From assembly GCA_002796245.1 (NCBI GenBank), contig PCWT01000048.1, positions 71,858 to 135,857 of the forward strand: DNA of 64,000 nt, in the 5' to 3' direction. Source of the DNA: Gammaproteobacteria bacterium CG11_big_fil_rev_8_21_14_0_20_46_22 (lineage in GTDB: Bacteria; Pseudomonadota; Gammaproteobacteria; UBA12402). The position numbers and the translations under genes are program-made. The stretch's first letter is position 1. Every line of letters starts with the position of its first letter. Shown piece by piece: positions 1-13,306 of this stretch. Below the pieces are notes generated by a model that was not told the DNA's origin, ran no database searches, and saw only the letters and a program-made list of their open reading frames with translations.

Positions 1-645
1 GTAGTTCGCCAATTAAAGCCGAGCGGCCAGTACGAAATCATCGCGGGTGAGCGGCGTTGGCGCGCGGCACAACGCGCAGGTTTGGATCGTGTGCCCGTGG
101 TGGTGCGCGAGATTTCTGATGAGGTGGCTATGGCCATGGCGCTCATCGAAAATATTCAGCGTGAAAATTTAAATGCGATCGAAGAAGCTCAAGCGCTGCA
201 TCGACTATTGGATGAGTTTGGTTTAACGCAGCAAGAGGTGGCTGAAAAAGTCGGTAAATCTCGCACGACAGTCACCAATTTACTGCGCTTATTGAATCTG
301 AATATGGATGTGCGCTTGATGTTGGAGCAAGGCAAGCTCGATATGGGGCACGCTAAAGTCTTGCTCGCACTCGAAGGCAACGTGCAAAGTCAAATCGCGC
401 GCATGGTTTCGCTTAAAGGTTTGAGTGTGCGAGAAACTGAGCAGCTGGTGAAACAAAGCTTGCACGGCAAACCTAAAAAAGTGGCCACAGCCGTTGACCC
501 GGATATCAAACGTTTGCAAATGGACTTATCAGAAAAGCTTGCGGCGAAAGTGGATGTTCAGCATGCTGCGAATGGTAAAGGCAAGATTATGATTCACTAT
601 TCCAGCCTTGATGAGCTTGATGGCATTTTATCGCACCTTAAGTGA
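1..645 (+). CDS. parB: Chromosome partitioning protein ParB (5'-truncated by the window edge). The reading frame is open from nt 1, translating VVRQLKPSGQYEIIAGERRWRAA before the listed ORF start at 82.
   Basis: GERRWRAA ParB-box motif and an HTH region (LTQQEVAEKVGKSRTTVTN). Classic position upstream of the atp operon. Confidence 0.9.
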   Translation, partial: VVRQLKPSGQYEIIAGERRWRAAQRAGLDRVPVVVREISDEVAMAMALIENIQRENLNAIEEAQALHRLLDEFGLTQQEVAEKVGKSRTTVTNLLRLLNLNMDVRLMLEQGKLDMGHAKVLLALEGNVQSQIARMVSLKGLSVRETEQLVKQSLHGKPKKVATAVDPDIKRLQMDLSEKLAAKVDVQHAANGKGKIMIHYSSLDELDGILSHLK

Positions 646-657
646 GTCTTTCTTTTT

Positions 658-984
658 TTAAAACGTTTGCATGGGCAAGTTGTCGGATAAATAAATCCAA
701 CCTTTGATCATGCGGTAAAGATACCAGACGTATACAGCAAAGATGACAATCACGCCAATGGCAATCAGGCAAAGCAAGAGGCCGATGAGGTACCAGATCA
801 GCGCTTTCCAAAACGTTTGCGATTGCCAAGCAAAATGGGTGTGTAGCCAGCTGCCGGCCACATCGTCTTCGTTGAAGTAATTCAGCAAGATGGCCACGAT
901 AATTAAAGGCGGCAAAAATACCCCGAGCACAAAGCACAGGTAAATGGCGTGAGTCAGTGTGCGTGTAGAGGGTTTTGGGTTCAT
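658..984 (-). CDS. Small hypothetical membrane protein (~3 TM segments).
   Basis: 108-aa ORF with long hydrophobic stretches. Weak RBS. Lies between parB and atpI. Confidence 0.35.
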   Translation of the reverse strand: MNPKPSTRTLTHAIYLCFVLGVFLPPLIIVAILLNYFNEDDVAGSWLHTHFAWQSQTFWKALIWYLIGLLLCLIAIGVIVIFAVYVWYLYRMIKGWIYLSDNLPMQTF

Positions 985-1163
985 GGGCTATTCTTTCATG
1001 GTTTTTTCATTTTGCTCATGATATCTGAGCCTGTGGGCGCGGGCAATCCTGCCGAGACGATCAAAATTTGATCATGTCCGGCCGACTAGGCTCAGACGGA
1101 GCATGCTTTTATCGTCGGTAGCTCAAAGCAATTGGATTTATGCGATTTTTTGCCTTTTTAGCG

Positions 1164-1192
1164 TTGCGCATTGGGGGTGAAGTCATTATACT
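1164..1192 (+). promoter_or_regulatory. Candidate sigma70 promoter for the atp operon (TTGCGC-N17-TATACT).
   Basis: The -35 TTGCGC (1164-1169), a 17-nt spacer, and the -10 TATACT (1187-1192) were read directly. It is ~15 nt upstream of the atpI ORF. Confidence 0.35.
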
Positions 1193-1204
1193 TTCGCGCT
1201 AATA

Positions 1205-2367
<1,163 letters not shown>

Positions 2368-2378
2368 GGTTTTATTGA

Positions 2379-2696
<318 letters not shown>

Positions 2697-2724
2697 GCGA
2701 GACGCTTAACAAAGAGAGAGATCT

Positions 2725-3195
2725 ATGCAGATTAATCTAACCCTCATTGGACAAATGATTACCTTCGGGATCTTCATTTGGTTCACAATGAAATACATTT
2801 GGCCACCGCTGATCAAGGCTATTCACGATCGCCAAGCGCGTATCGCAGAAGGCTTATCAGCCGCTGATAAAGGCCAAAAAGAGCTTGAGTTGGCAAAGCA
2901 CCGCTCTGTAAAGCTTTTACAAGAAGCGAAGCTCGAAGCTTCCCAGCTGATTGAAAAAGCGAACAAGCGCTCGAATGAAATTTTGGAAGAAGCGAAAGAA
3001 AAATCGCGCATCGAAAGCCAAAATATCATTGAGAACGCGAAAAAAGACGTGGCTCAAATGCAGGCACAGGCCAAAGAAGTCTTGCGTCAAGATGTGGTTA
3101 ATTTGTCCGTCTTGGGCGCGCAAAAAATTCTTGAGCGCGAAGTGGATGCAACGGCGCACAGCCAAATGCTGAAAACGCTTTCGGAGCAGCTTTAA
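2725..3195 (+). CDS. atpF: F0F1 ATP synthase subunit b.
   Basis: 156-aa protein with an N-terminal TM segment and a long charged coiled-coil, in operon position. Confidence 0.9.
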   Translation: MQINLTLIGQMITFGIFIWFTMKYIWPPLIKAIHDRQARIAEGLSAADKGQKELELAKHRSVKLLQEAKLEASQLIEKANKRSNEILEEAKEKSRIESQNIIENAKKDVAQMQAQAKEVLRQDVVNLSVLGAQKILEREVDATAHSQMLKTLSEQL

Positions 3196-3743
3196 TGAGT
3201 AATGCCTTGAGCTTAGCCCGGCCCTACGCGAAAGCCATCTTTGAGGTGGCTTTAGATAAAAACGCACTGCAAGCGTGGTCTGTGTGGCTAAATCAATTGG
3301 CGTTTATTGCCAAGGATGCCAACGTACAATACGCGGTATCCAATCCAGAGCATGATACGCAAGCTTTGCTAGCGAATGTTTTATCGGTAATGGATGAGCG
3401 TGATGAAACGCTCGCGCGCTTTGTGTCTGTTCTGCTCGAAGCGAAACGCTTTGCCTTGTTGCCTGAAATTTTGTCGCACTTCGATCATTACAAAGCGCTG
3501 AAAGAACAAGAGCTCAATGTGGCTGTGACCACCGCGATGCCAATGAGTGATGAAGATAAAACGCTGCTTAATAAAGCCTTGGAACAACGTTTTAAACAAT
3601 CTGTGAATTTAACTTATGACACGGATGAAAGCTTACTGGGCGGCGCCATTGTTCGCATCGATGATTTGGTTATCGATGGTTCAGGCCGCGGCCGACTTTC
3701 ATCTTTGAAGCAATACCTTGAAGGAAATACACTATGTCATTAA
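3195..3743 (+). CDS. atpH: F0F1 ATP synthase subunit delta.
   Basis: 182 aa, in operon position, with delta/OSCP-like sequence. Confidence 0.9.
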   Translation: MSNALSLARPYAKAIFEVALDKNALQAWSVWLNQLAFIAKDANVQYAVSNPEHDTQALLANVLSVMDERDETLARFVSVLLEAKRFALLPEILSHFDHYKALKEQELNVAVTTAMPMSDEDKTLLNKALEQRFKQSVNLTYDTDESLLGGAIVRIDDLVIDGSGRGRLSSLKQYLEGNTLCH

Positions 3744-5275
3744 ACCCCTCTGAAATTAGCGACATCATTCGTAGCCGCATCGAAGGTTTTAAGGTGCAGA
3801 AACAAGAAGGCACTGAAGGCACGGTCATCAGCGTGAAAGACGGTATTGTCCGCGTGTTCGGTCTTGATGATGTGATGCAAGGTGAAATGGTGGAGTTGCC
3901 CGGCGGCGTGTTTGGTTTGGCTTTAAACCTTGAGCGCGACGCTGTGGGTGTGGTGGTCTTGGGTGATTACACACACATCAAAGAAGGCGAAAAATGCCGT
4001 TGTACCGGTAAAATTTTGGAAGTTCCCGTGGGCCCTGGTTTGCTAGGCCGCGTGGTTGACGCCTTAGGTAATCCGATTGATGGTAAAGGCCAGCTTAAAT
4101 TTAGTGAAACCTGCCCGATCGAACGGGTTGCACCGGGTGTTTACTATCGTCAATCAGTGGATCAACCGGTCCAAACCGGCTTGAAGGCTATCGATGGTAT
4201 GGTGCCTGTCGGCCGCGGCCAGCGTGAGTTGATCATCGGTGACCGCCAAACGGGTAAAACAGCGGTAGCGATTGATGCCATCATCAATCAAAAGGGTACC
4301 GGCATTAAGTGTATCTATGTGGCGATTGGTCAAAAAGCCTCTTCAGTGGCTAACGTGGTGCGCAAGCTTGAAGAGCATGGCGCGATGGAACACACGATTA
4401 TCGTGGCAGCCAATGCGTCTGATCCTGCGGCTATGCAGTTTGTCGCGCCTTACGCAGGTTGTGCGATGGGTGAATATTTCCGTGATCGCGGTGAAGATGC
4501 CTTGATCATTTATGATGATTTAACCAAACAAGCTTGGGCGTATCGTCAAATTTCATTGTTGTTACGTCGTCCACCGGGTCGTGAAGCCTATCCTGGCGAC
4601 GTCTTTTATTTGCACTCGCGTTTGCTAGAACGTGCTGCCCGTGTGAATGAGCACTATGTTGAGCAATTCACCAAGGGTGAAGTGAAAGGTAAAACCGGCT
4701 CGCTTACCGCGCTGCCTATCATTGAAACACAAGCGGGCGACGTTTCGGCGTTTGTACCCACCAACGTGATTTCGATTACCGACGGTCAGATTTTCTTAGA
4801 AACAGATTTGTTTAACTCGGGTATTCGCCCTGCCATCAATACGGGTTTATCCGTATCGCGTGTGGGTGGTGCAGCGCAAACCAAGATCATCAAAAAATTG
4901 GTCGGCAGTACGCGTATTGCCTTGGCGCAGTTTCGAGAGCTTGCAGCGTTTGCGCAATTTGCTTCTGACCTCGATGACGCAACACGTAAACAATTGGAGC
5001 GTGGCCAGCGCGTAACAGAAGTCATGAAGCAAAAGCAATATTCGCCACTGTCGTTGGCAGAAATGGCGCTTTCATTTTACGCGGTGAATAACGGTTTCTT
5101 GGATCACGTGCCGGTTGAAAAAATCGTTGTGGTGGAAGCTGAGTTGCATGCTTACTTCAAATCTGAAAACAAAGCCTTGTTCGATCAAATCAATGAGAAA
5201 GGCGATTATAACGACGACATCAAAGATGGCTTGGTGAAAGTGATCGAAGATGCGATGAAAACGATAGCTTGGTAA
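3734..5275 (+). CDS. atpA: F0F1 ATP synthase subunit alpha.
   Basis: Walker A GDRQTGKT and highly conserved alpha-subunit sequence. Confidence 0.97.
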   Translation: MSLNPSEISDIIRSRIEGFKVQKQEGTEGTVISVKDGIVRVFGLDDVMQGEMVELPGGVFGLALNLERDAVGVVVLGDYTHIKEGEKCRCTGKILEVPVGPGLLGRVVDALGNPIDGKGQLKFSETCPIERVAPGVYYRQSVDQPVQTGLKAIDGMVPVGRGQRELIIGDRQTGKTAVAIDAIINQKGTGIKCIYVAIGQKASSVANVVRKLEEHGAMEHTIIVAANASDPAAMQFVAPYAGCAMGEYFRDRGEDALIIYDDLTKQAWAYRQISLLLRRPPGREAYPGDVFYLHSRLLERAARVNEHYVEQFTKGEVKGKTGSLTALPIIETQAGDVSAFVPTNVISITDGQIFLETDLFNSGIRPAINTGLSVSRVGGAAQTKIIKKLVGSTRIALAQFRELAAFAQFASDLDDATRKQLERGQRVTEVMKQKQYSPLSLAEMALSFYAVNNGFLDHVPVEKIVVVEAELHAYFKSENKALFDQINEKGDYNDDIKDGLVKVIEDAMKTIAW

Positions 5276-5282
5276 ATAATCT

Positions 5283-6149
5283 ATGTCATCGGCTAAAGAG
5301 TTACGCACAAAAATCGGTTCTGTGAAAAACACACAGAAGATTACGCGCGCCATGGAGATGGTCGCCGCAAGCAAGATGCGTAAAGCTCAAGATCGCATGA
5401 AACGTTCGAAGCCTTATGCTTTGAAAATTCGTGATGTGGCTCACCATGTTGCTTTGGCCTGCACCGAATACAAGCATTCGTTTTTAGAGCGTCGTGAAAT
5501 TAAACGAGTCGGTTTTATAGTGGTATCCACCGATCGCGGTTTGTGTGGCCCTTTGAATACGAACTTGTTCAAAGCCGCTGTGAAGCACATGCGTGATTTT
5601 CAGCAGAAAAAAGTCGATATCGATTTGTGCTTAATCGGTAACAAGGCCGATGCCTTCTTCCGCCATTTAGGCGCGAATATTGTCGCCAAAGCGAGCCACC
5701 TGGGCGACGCACCAAAAATTGAAGATTTAATCGGTATCGTGAAAGTGATGCTTGATGCGTATCGCGATGAGAAAATTGATGCGCTCTACCTTTGCTATAA
5801 CGACTTTATCAACACGATGCAACAGCGCCCAGAGGTGTTGGAGCTTTTGCCGATTACGCCCAGTGAAGATAAAGGTACCGAGAAAGGCCATTGGGATTAT
5901 ATTTACGAGCCCGGTGCGCGCGAGCTATTGGATCGTTTGTTACGACGATACATCGAATCTCAAGTGTACCAAGGTGTGGTGGAAAACTTCGCCTGCCAAC
6001 AAGCCGCCACCATGGTTGCGATGAAAAATGCGACAGACAATGCGGGCAAAATTATTAATGATTTACAACTAGCGTATAACAAAGCGCGCCAAGCCGCGAT
6101 CACCAGCGAAATTGCTGAGATTGTGTCCGGCGCTGATGCAGTATCTTAA
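5283..6149 (+). CDS. atpG: F0F1 ATP synthase subunit gamma.
   Basis: [18 protein letters not shown]-terminus and ITSEI...VSGA C-terminus. Confidence 0.95.
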   Translation: MSSAKELRTKIGSVKNTQKITRAMEMVAASKMRKAQDRMKRSKPYALKIRDVAHHVALACTEYKHSFLERREIKRVGFIVVSTDRGLCGPLNTNLFKAAVKHMRDFQQKKVDIDLCLIGNKADAFFRHLGANIVAKASHLGDAPKIEDLIGIVKVMLDAYRDEKIDALYLCYNDFINTMQQRPEVLELLPITPSEDKGTEKGHWDYIYEPGARELLDRLLRRYIESQVYQGVVENFACQQAATMVAMKNATDNAGKIINDLQLAYNKARQAAITSEIAEIVSGADAVS

Positions 6150-6156
6150 GAGGTGA

Positions 6157-7548
<1,392 letters not shown>

Positions 7549-7557
7549 GGGTTGATA

Positions 7558-8001
7558 ATGGCGGCAAAAACGTTTCACTTGGACATCGTCAGCGCAGAAG
7601 AGAAGATTTTCTCAGGTCTGGTTGAGCACATTACGGTTGACGGCGAGGAAGGCGGTTTGGGTATTTTTCCGGGCCACACGCCGTTATTAACTGGGATTAA
7701 ACCAGGTGAAGTCAGCGCCGTGCTTGAGGGCGGCAAACGCGAAGTCTTTTTTATCTCAGGCGGTATGCTTGAAGTTCAGCCTGAAATCGTTACTGTGCTG
7801 GCTGATACCGTTATCCGCGCCGATGACATTGACGAAGAGGAAGCGCAAGAAGCCGTTGAACGTGCAAAGGCGCAGTACGACGAAATCGATAAGAAAGACA
7901 AGGCCGATTACAGCAAAGCCTTAATCGAGCTTCAAGAGGCCTCGGCCCGTTTGCGTGTTGTACGTGATTTGAGTAAATACACCAAACGCCATCTCGGTTA
8001 A
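7558..8001 (+). CDS. atpC: F0F1 ATP synthase subunit epsilon. The listed ORF starts at a TTG at 7552; the ATG at 7558 is the likelier start.
   Basis: Operon position and epsilon-like sequence ([14 protein letters not shown]...). Confidence 0.9.
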   Translation: MAAKTFHLDIVSAEEKIFSGLVEHITVDGEEGGLGIFPGHTPLLTGIKPGEVSAVLEGGKREVFFISGGMLEVQPEIVTVLADTVIRADDIDEEEAQEAVERAKAQYDEIDKKDKADYSKALIELQEASARLRVVRDLSKYTKRHLG

Positions 8002-8054
8002 CTCCGTATTTAAAAGACACCCTTAGACTTGGATGACACACTGATCCATTTATG

Positions 8055-8074
8055 CCATGATCAAATGATCATGG
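8055..8074. promoter_or_regulatory. Perfect 9-bp inverted repeat (CCATGATCA-aa-TGATCATGG) with GATC cores, 13 nt upstream of the MFS transporter start.
   Basis: Read directly from the sequence. It sits between atpC and the MFS gene, overlapping the likely -10/RBS region. Confidence 0.3.
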
Positions 8075-8086
8075 AGACTATATAAA

Positions 8087-9433
8087 ATGGATTTAAGCAC
8101 CGAAAATAATCTACTCGCAAGGCTCGATCGCTTGCCTATTTGGCCCTATTCTCGCGGCGTCTTGCTCACTATAGGCCTCGGCTTTTTTTTCGCCTTCTTT
8201 GATATCATCACGATTGGTCTGGCCATTCCGGTTTTGGTCCAGCAGTTCCATGTTAGTTTGTCGCTGGTTTTGTGGTGTATCAGCAGCAGCTTGATCGGTT
8301 ACATTGTTGGCTCTTTGTTTGACAGTGTTTTGTCGGATTTTTTCGGTCGACGTCTGGCTTTGATTTTATCCATGTTGTTTTTCAGTGTGGGCTCAATATT
8401 GTCAGCCTTTAGCCCGAATATATATTTTTTAATCGCCATGCGTTTTATTATTGGCATGGGCATTGGTTCAGAAATTGCGAATGTGACGACCTACTTGGGC
8501 GAGCTATCGCCAGCCAGCATTCGAGGCAAAATGACCAGTGTGGCTGTGGCACTGGGCTTTTTAGGTTTTGCCGTGGTGCCTTTTGTTGGTCTTGCTTTAA
8601 TTCCTCATTACGTTTGGGGCTGGCGTGTGGTGTTTGCACTGGGTGGCTTGGGCGCACTGGTCGTCATGTTTTGTCGACGGTTTGTTCCACAATCGATACG
8701 CTGGTTGGTTTCGCATAGCAAGCTTGAACAAGCACGTGTGGAGCTTGAGGCGCTGGAGGCAAGAGTTGTATCACGGATAAAAAAAGCATTGCCGCCGATT
8801 GCAGCGTCAGAAGGCTTTGCGCCCTCTTCGTATAAAGATTTATTCAAACCGGCGCAGTTTAAAACGATACTGTTTTTTAGCGCGATTTGGTTTTTTTACT
8901 ATATCGGTAATTATGCTTGGCTAACCTTGGATACCAAGCTTTTTTTGCTGGGTGGTTTTGACCTGCACAATAGTTTGCTATTGGTGTCGGTATCTTCCCT
9001 CGGCTTTATTTTGGGCTCACTGTTTGCGATCTTTTTCAGTGATTGTTTCGAGCGAAAATACACGATTTTTGTTTCGGCTATCGTATGGGCTCTTTGTTTG
9101 CTCGCGATTGCTTGGTGGCCGAGCTTGTGGCTGATTATGGTTTTGGGTTGTTTGGCTGCGATCACTATTTCAATACTTATCCCACTGCTCTACACCCTAA
9201 CCGGCGAGAGCTTTCCAACGGCATGCCGCGCCACAGGTATTTCAGTAACCGATGGTGTAGGTCATTTGGGGGGCGCGTTTTGCGGGCAAATTATTTTTGC
9301 GGTGTATGATTATACGAAAGCCTCTGGGCACGGCGTGAGCTTTGCGTTTACGGCGATGGCTATCACAGGCTTAATCACGGCGATTATGGTGCTGTTTGGT
9401 TTGCGCATGACACGGCAAAGCTTGCAGCAGTAA
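8087..9433 (+). CDS. MFS transporter (12 TM).
   Basis: 448-aa polytopic protein with MFS-like loop motifs (GRRLALI, R-rich loops). Confidence 0.8.
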   Translation: MDLSTENNLLARLDRLPIWPYSRGVLLTIGLGFFFAFFDIITIGLAIPVLVQQFHVSLSLVLWCISSSLIGYIVGSLFDSVLSDFFGRRLALILSMLFFSVGSILSAFSPNIYFLIAMRFIIGMGIGSEIANVTTYLGELSPASIRGKMTSVAVALGFLGFAVVPFVGLALIPHYVWGWRVVFALGGLGALVVMFCRRFVPQSIRWLVSHSKLEQARVELEALEARVVSRIKKALPPIAASEGFAPSSYKDLFKPAQFKTILFFSAIWFFYYIGNYAWLTLDTKLFLLGGFDLHNSLLLVSVSSLGFILGSLFAIFFSDCFERKYTIFVSAIVWALCLLAIAWWPSLWLIMVLGCLAAITISILIPLLYTLTGESFPTACRATGISVTDGVGHLGGAFCGQIIFAVYDYTKASGHGVSFAFTAMAITGLITAIMVLFGLRMTRQSLQQ

Positions 9434-9439
9434 ACGGGC

Positions 9440-10579
9440 TTAAATTAATTTTTCAAGCGAGCGGAGAGCCATTTCAACAGGTAGAGCGCGAATATTGTCG
9501 ATGACTTTTTCTTGAGTGCCCTGGTAGACTAAAAAGCATTCTGCTTCAGGATAGTCGGCATGAAAGGCTTTTAGCCCCTTTAAGTCGTTGTTATCGAAAC
9601 GATCGCGGTGCTTAATTTCAAAAGCCTTAAAGCCGTTCTCGCCATATAGAACAATGTCGACCTCTTGGCCCGTGTGGGCTCGCCAGTAATAGAAATCATA
9701 TTGTTTATCAGAATAAGCATTGATCGCTCTAAGCTCTTGCAAAAATAAGCCTTCTAAAGCGGGGCCACTGATTTCAGATTCGCTATCCAAAGGTCCGCGA
9801 GGGCGGATTTGTTGATAAATTCCTGCGTCGAAAAAATAAAACTTAGGGTGTTTTGCAAGTTTACGTTTTGCTCTACGTGTAAAAGCAGGCAGGCGATAGG
9901 CAATGAGCAAATCTTCTAATATGTTGAAGTAGTTTGAAACCACCTTTTGATCCATGCCTATTTCACGAGCAATAGAAGATAGGTTTAGCTGCTCTCCGTG
10001 AGAAAAGCTTGCGATTTCTAAAAAACGATGAAACGATTGTATATTTCGTGTTAAGCCCTCTTGTAAAACTTCTTCTCGTAGATAGTTGTCCACATAACTT
10101 GCCAAAAATTTATTGGGCTCTTTTGTTGAAATCACTTTAGGTAATTGCCCATACCGTAAGCTGTGAGATAAGTTAAAGTCATCCTCGAGCTCAATAGCGG
10201 TTAAGGGGTGCATGCTTAGACCAAATGCTCGGCCCGCCAAAAGATTAACGCCCTTTTTTCTTAGGCTTCTTGCGCTAGATCCGGTCAGTATAAAGCGTCG
10301 CTTATGGTGTTCGATTTGGCGGTGAACCTCATCTAATAGTGCGGGAATTTTTTGAACCTCATCGATAATGATCCAGTTATTTTTTTTGTGATCGATATAG
10401 GTGGATAAGCGAGAAGGTTGAGACGATAGTTCTAGATAGACGGCTTGATCCAGTAAATCGATATAGATAGCGTCTTGAAAGTGCGCTCTTAGCCAGGTGG
10501 TTTTGCCCGTTCCTCGTGGGCCGAAAAGGAAGTAACTATTCTCGGCATGGTAATCGATGTGCAGAAGGCGTTTGTACAT
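9440..10579 (-). CDS. AAA+ ATPase of the AAA_14/DUF4143 ('archaeal-ATPase-like') family.
   Basis: Walker A GPRGTGKT and Walker B IIDEVQ, with a DUF4143-type C-terminal half. Confidence 0.8.
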   Translation of the reverse strand: MYKRLLHIDYHAENSYFLFGPRGTGKTTWLRAHFQDAIYIDLLDQAVYLELSSQPSRLSTYIDHKKNNWIIIDEVQKIPALLDEVHRQIEHHKRRFILTGSSARSLRKKGVNLLAGRAFGLSMHPLTAIELEDDFNLSHSLRYGQLPKVISTKEPNKFLASYVDNYLREEVLQEGLTRNIQSFHRFLEIASFSHGEQLNLSSIAREIGMDQKVVSNYFNILEDLLIAYRLPAFTRRAKRKLAKHPKFYFFDAGIYQQIRPRGPLDSESEISGPALEGLFLQELRAINAYSDKQYDFYYWRAHTGQEVDIVLYGENGFKAFEIKHRDRFDNNDLKGLKAFHADYPEAECFLVYQGTQEKVIDNIRALPVEMALRSLEKLI

Positions 10580-10628
10580 AATTTAGGCTTTTATGGGGTT
10601 TCAGGCCAGATTATAGCACAAAAGATAG

Positions 10629-10687
10629 AAAAACCGGACCACAACTCCGAAATTTCCTAGATTTTTCGGAGTTGTGGTCCGGTTTTT
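10629..10687. terminator. Perfect 24-bp-stem hairpin (AAAAACCGGACCACAACTCCGAAA / 11-nt loop / reverse complement) ending in a T-run. Terminator for the GT9 gene, or a REP-like element.
   Basis: The reverse complement was checked base by base. It lies directly 3' of the minus-strand GT9 gene stop. Confidence 0.6.
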
Positions 10688-10695
10688 CCATAAAA

Positions 10696-11676
10696 TTAGT
10701 GCCCGAGGGCATTCTTCACGGCGGACTTTACCGCTTCAATCTGGATATCCGAAATGGTTTTACCTTGGACTACATGGTTATTGGCCGATTTAGGAAACGG
10801 CCCGAAACGGTTTAAGTTGGTTGGGCCAAAAAGTACAACCGTTGGCGTTTGCATGGCATAGGCGATATGTGTTGTACCGGTATCGCAGGCCAAGTACAGG
10901 GTCAAGTGTTTCATTAAAGCGGCGGCTTGTAGCACGGATGTTTTATTCGCAAAGTTAATGGCATTAGGCACAGCCTTGCAGAATTCTTTGATCATGGCGC
11001 CTTCTGCTTTTGTGCCGGTGACGATAAAGCGAAGACTCGGTATTTGTTTGGTGAGCTCGTGGGCAAGCGTAATAAAATTTTCCATGGCCCAGACTTTTTT
11101 GTGGGTGAAGCGATCTTTTTTCGGCGACCATAACCAGCGCTTAGCAATGCGGCGGCAGCCTAAATGTAAACCAATAACGGGCGATTCATTTTTATTAATA
11201 CCGAGGTGCTTCAGTTCTGCAGCGATGGTGTGCTCATCGCTGTCACTAGGATAGAGAAAATAATGCAGTAAATAATCAGGCATCGGTTTGTCACAGAGTT
11301 CAGATAAAAAACGCAGTTTTTGTTCGGCCAGGTGTGCATCATGCTTCATATTCTCAAGCACAAGTGTGTTTGGGGCGAGCCAGCGAATGTACTCCGGAAA
11401 ATAATGCTCGTAATCACTTAAAAAAAGAAAGTGGTCGTAATCATTTTTAAGTTTGGCGCATTGTTTTCTATGGGGTTTAATAAAATACTGTCCAATGTGT
11501 GGGTTATTTTCAATCACGGCGGCGGTGACTGGGCTTAGGCAGATGGCATCGATATGACAGTTTGGATAATAGTGTTTGATAAACTCAATCGACGGCGTGT
11601 TGAACAAGGTGTCGCCCAGGCGTTCTGGCAAAACGATAGCAATTTTCTTTCCTTCAAACATCTTTATAACCCCCAT
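10696..11676 (-). CDS. Glycosyltransferase family 9 (LPS heptosyltransferase-like).
   Basis: N-terminal KIAIV...LGDTL motif typical of GT9/RfaF-like enzymes. 326 aa. Confidence 0.8.
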   Translation of the reverse strand: MGVIKMFEGKKIAIVLPERLGDTLFNTPSIEFIKHYYPNCHIDAICLSPVTAAVIENNPHIGQYFIKPHRKQCAKLKNDYDHFLFLSDYEHYFPEYIRWLAPNTLVLENMKHDAHLAEQKLRFLSELCDKPMPDYLLHYFLYPSDSDEHTIAAELKHLGINKNESPVIGLHLGCRRIAKRWLWSPKKDRFTHKKVWAMENFITLAHELTKQIPSLRFIVTGTKAEGAMIKEFCKAVPNAINFANKTSVLQAAALMKHLTLYLACDTGTTHIAYAMQTPTVVLFGPTNLNRFGPFPKSANNHVVQGKTISDIQIEAVKSAVKNALGH

Positions 11677-11783
11677 GACGGTTGCTCATACTAGCTTAAA
11701 AAAAGCTTAAATTGAACATCTCGACTCGTTTTATAATCAAAACTGGTTTAGTATAGAAGCGATAAATCAAGGGCTTATAGCTT

Positions 11784-13109
11784 ATGAGTACAGCGTATCA
11801 TGTCATCAAGGACCCTGTGCACGGGTCTATGCAGTTCACGGATCAAGAAAATCAGTGGATCAAACCCTTTATCGATTCACCGAGCTTTCAACGCTTGCGA
11901 CATATCAAACAGCTAGGGATGGCCGACTGGATTTTTCCCGGTGCGGTACATACTCGTTTTAATCATGGATTGGGCTGCTCGTATGTGGCTAACCAAATCG
12001 CAAATAAACTCGGTCTGAGTGATTCTGATCGTCAGTTGGTCACAATAGCGGGTCTTTTGCACGATGTGGGCCATGGTCCCTTTTCGCATGCTTTTGAGTA
12101 TATTTTTAAGCACCAGTGGATCAAGCATGAAGATTGGACGCCGCTGTTTTTAAATGATTACCTGCTCCCCGATTTTCTGGAAAAATTTAACGAGCGCAAT
12201 CCATCGCTGCCTCTAAGTGAATCACGGTTTAGCATCATTAAAAACTTGATCATGCACAAAGAGTCTCATCATAAATTATTGGCAGATATCGTCTCATCAC
12301 AGATGGATGCCGATCGTTTGGATTATCTTTTGCGCGACAGCCACTTTTGTGGCGTGAAATACGGCCACTATGATTTGCGATGGTTGCTACATTGTTTAAC
12401 GATTGTTGAAAGCCAGGAAGGCCAGCGTTTGGGCGTGAGCCAAAAAGGCATTGGGGCCGTTGAGCAATATTTGATGGCAAGGCGATTAATGCTACGTAAT
12501 GTCTACTTAAATGGCAAAAAACATGCTGCAGAATTCCAGCTAAGCTTGTTTTTAAGTCATTTAGCGAAAGCCGTGGATGATAAAGCGCTGATTGGACCTT
12601 TTGCCGAGCGCAGTCTCATTAAATTTTTGGTGAAAGTGCGTGAGTTTAATCACAATGTGAGTGAGCATAATTTAGAGACACTCCGGTCACAGTTTTTGCA
12701 AGGCCAGTATGGCTTGTATAAAAAACTCTGTGATTACGATGTCTTTGCAATGATTCGTCACTTCTCAAGCTTAGACAATGATATTCCTTTGGTCCAAATT
12801 GCTAAACGCTTGCAGCATAGGCAGTTGCCGAAAATTGTGATGCTAGACCACGACAAGCTTGAGCGAGCAAAAGAGTTAATTGAAACCCTTAAGGTGGAAC
12901 CTTGGCGTTTGCGCTTATTAGAGTTGCCGCATGAGGCTTATCAGCAAGACAAAGACCCCATTTTGGTGATGGATAAACATGGCGCTACGCGTCATTTGGA
13001 AGAAGATTCTCTCATTATTAGCGGCTTATCCAACCGTAAAGAAAGCTTGTTAATGTTGTGCATTGATGCAAGTTTATTTGACCACAAAAAAGTAAAACCT
13101 TTTTTTTAG
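11784..13109 (+). CDS. HD-domain dNTP triphosphohydrolase-like protein (dGTPase/SAMHD1-like family).
   Basis: N-terminus IKDPVHG...F..L..I.QLG..., HxxxH...LLHDVGHGPFSH metal-binding HD motif, and DxD (MDADRLDYLLRD). Confidence 0.8.
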   Translation: MSTAYHVIKDPVHGSMQFTDQENQWIKPFIDSPSFQRLRHIKQLGMADWIFPGAVHTRFNHGLGCSYVANQIANKLGLSDSDRQLVTIAGLLHDVGHGPFSHAFEYIFKHQWIKHEDWTPLFLNDYLLPDFLEKFNERNPSLPLSESRFSIIKNLIMHKESHHKLLADIVSSQMDADRLDYLLRDSHFCGVKYGHYDLRWLLHCLTIVESQEGQRLGVSQKGIGAVEQYLMARRLMLRNVYLNGKKHAAEFQLSLFLSHLAKAVDDKALIGPFAERSLIKFLVKVREFNHNVSEHNLETLRSQFLQGQYGLYKKLCDYDVFAMIRHFSSLDNDIPLVQIAKRLQHRQLPKIVMLDHDKLERAKELIETLKVEPWRLRLLELPHEAYQQDKDPILVMDKHGATRHLEEDSLIISGLSNRKESLLMLCIDASLFDHKKVKPFF

Positions 13110-13306
13110 AGATGCTTGCTTCGCCCTTTTCTAGGGCGTATCTCTGAGAGGTATTGAGCTTGATTTTTCTTCTTTCCCTAGGCAAAATGCCCTAACTTGA
13201 TTAAAAGGATTCATGGTGTTTTACCCTCTTTGTCAATGACAAGCACTCAAATTACAGTGCCGCGTGCGCTGGGCTTTGTCATATTTAAACTCAGAGGATA
13301 TTTATC

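Noticed and set aside
2951-3172. Lys/Arg-rich 73-aa ORF inside atpF.
   Set aside because: It is an alternative frame of the charged coiled-coil region of subunit b, a composition artefact.
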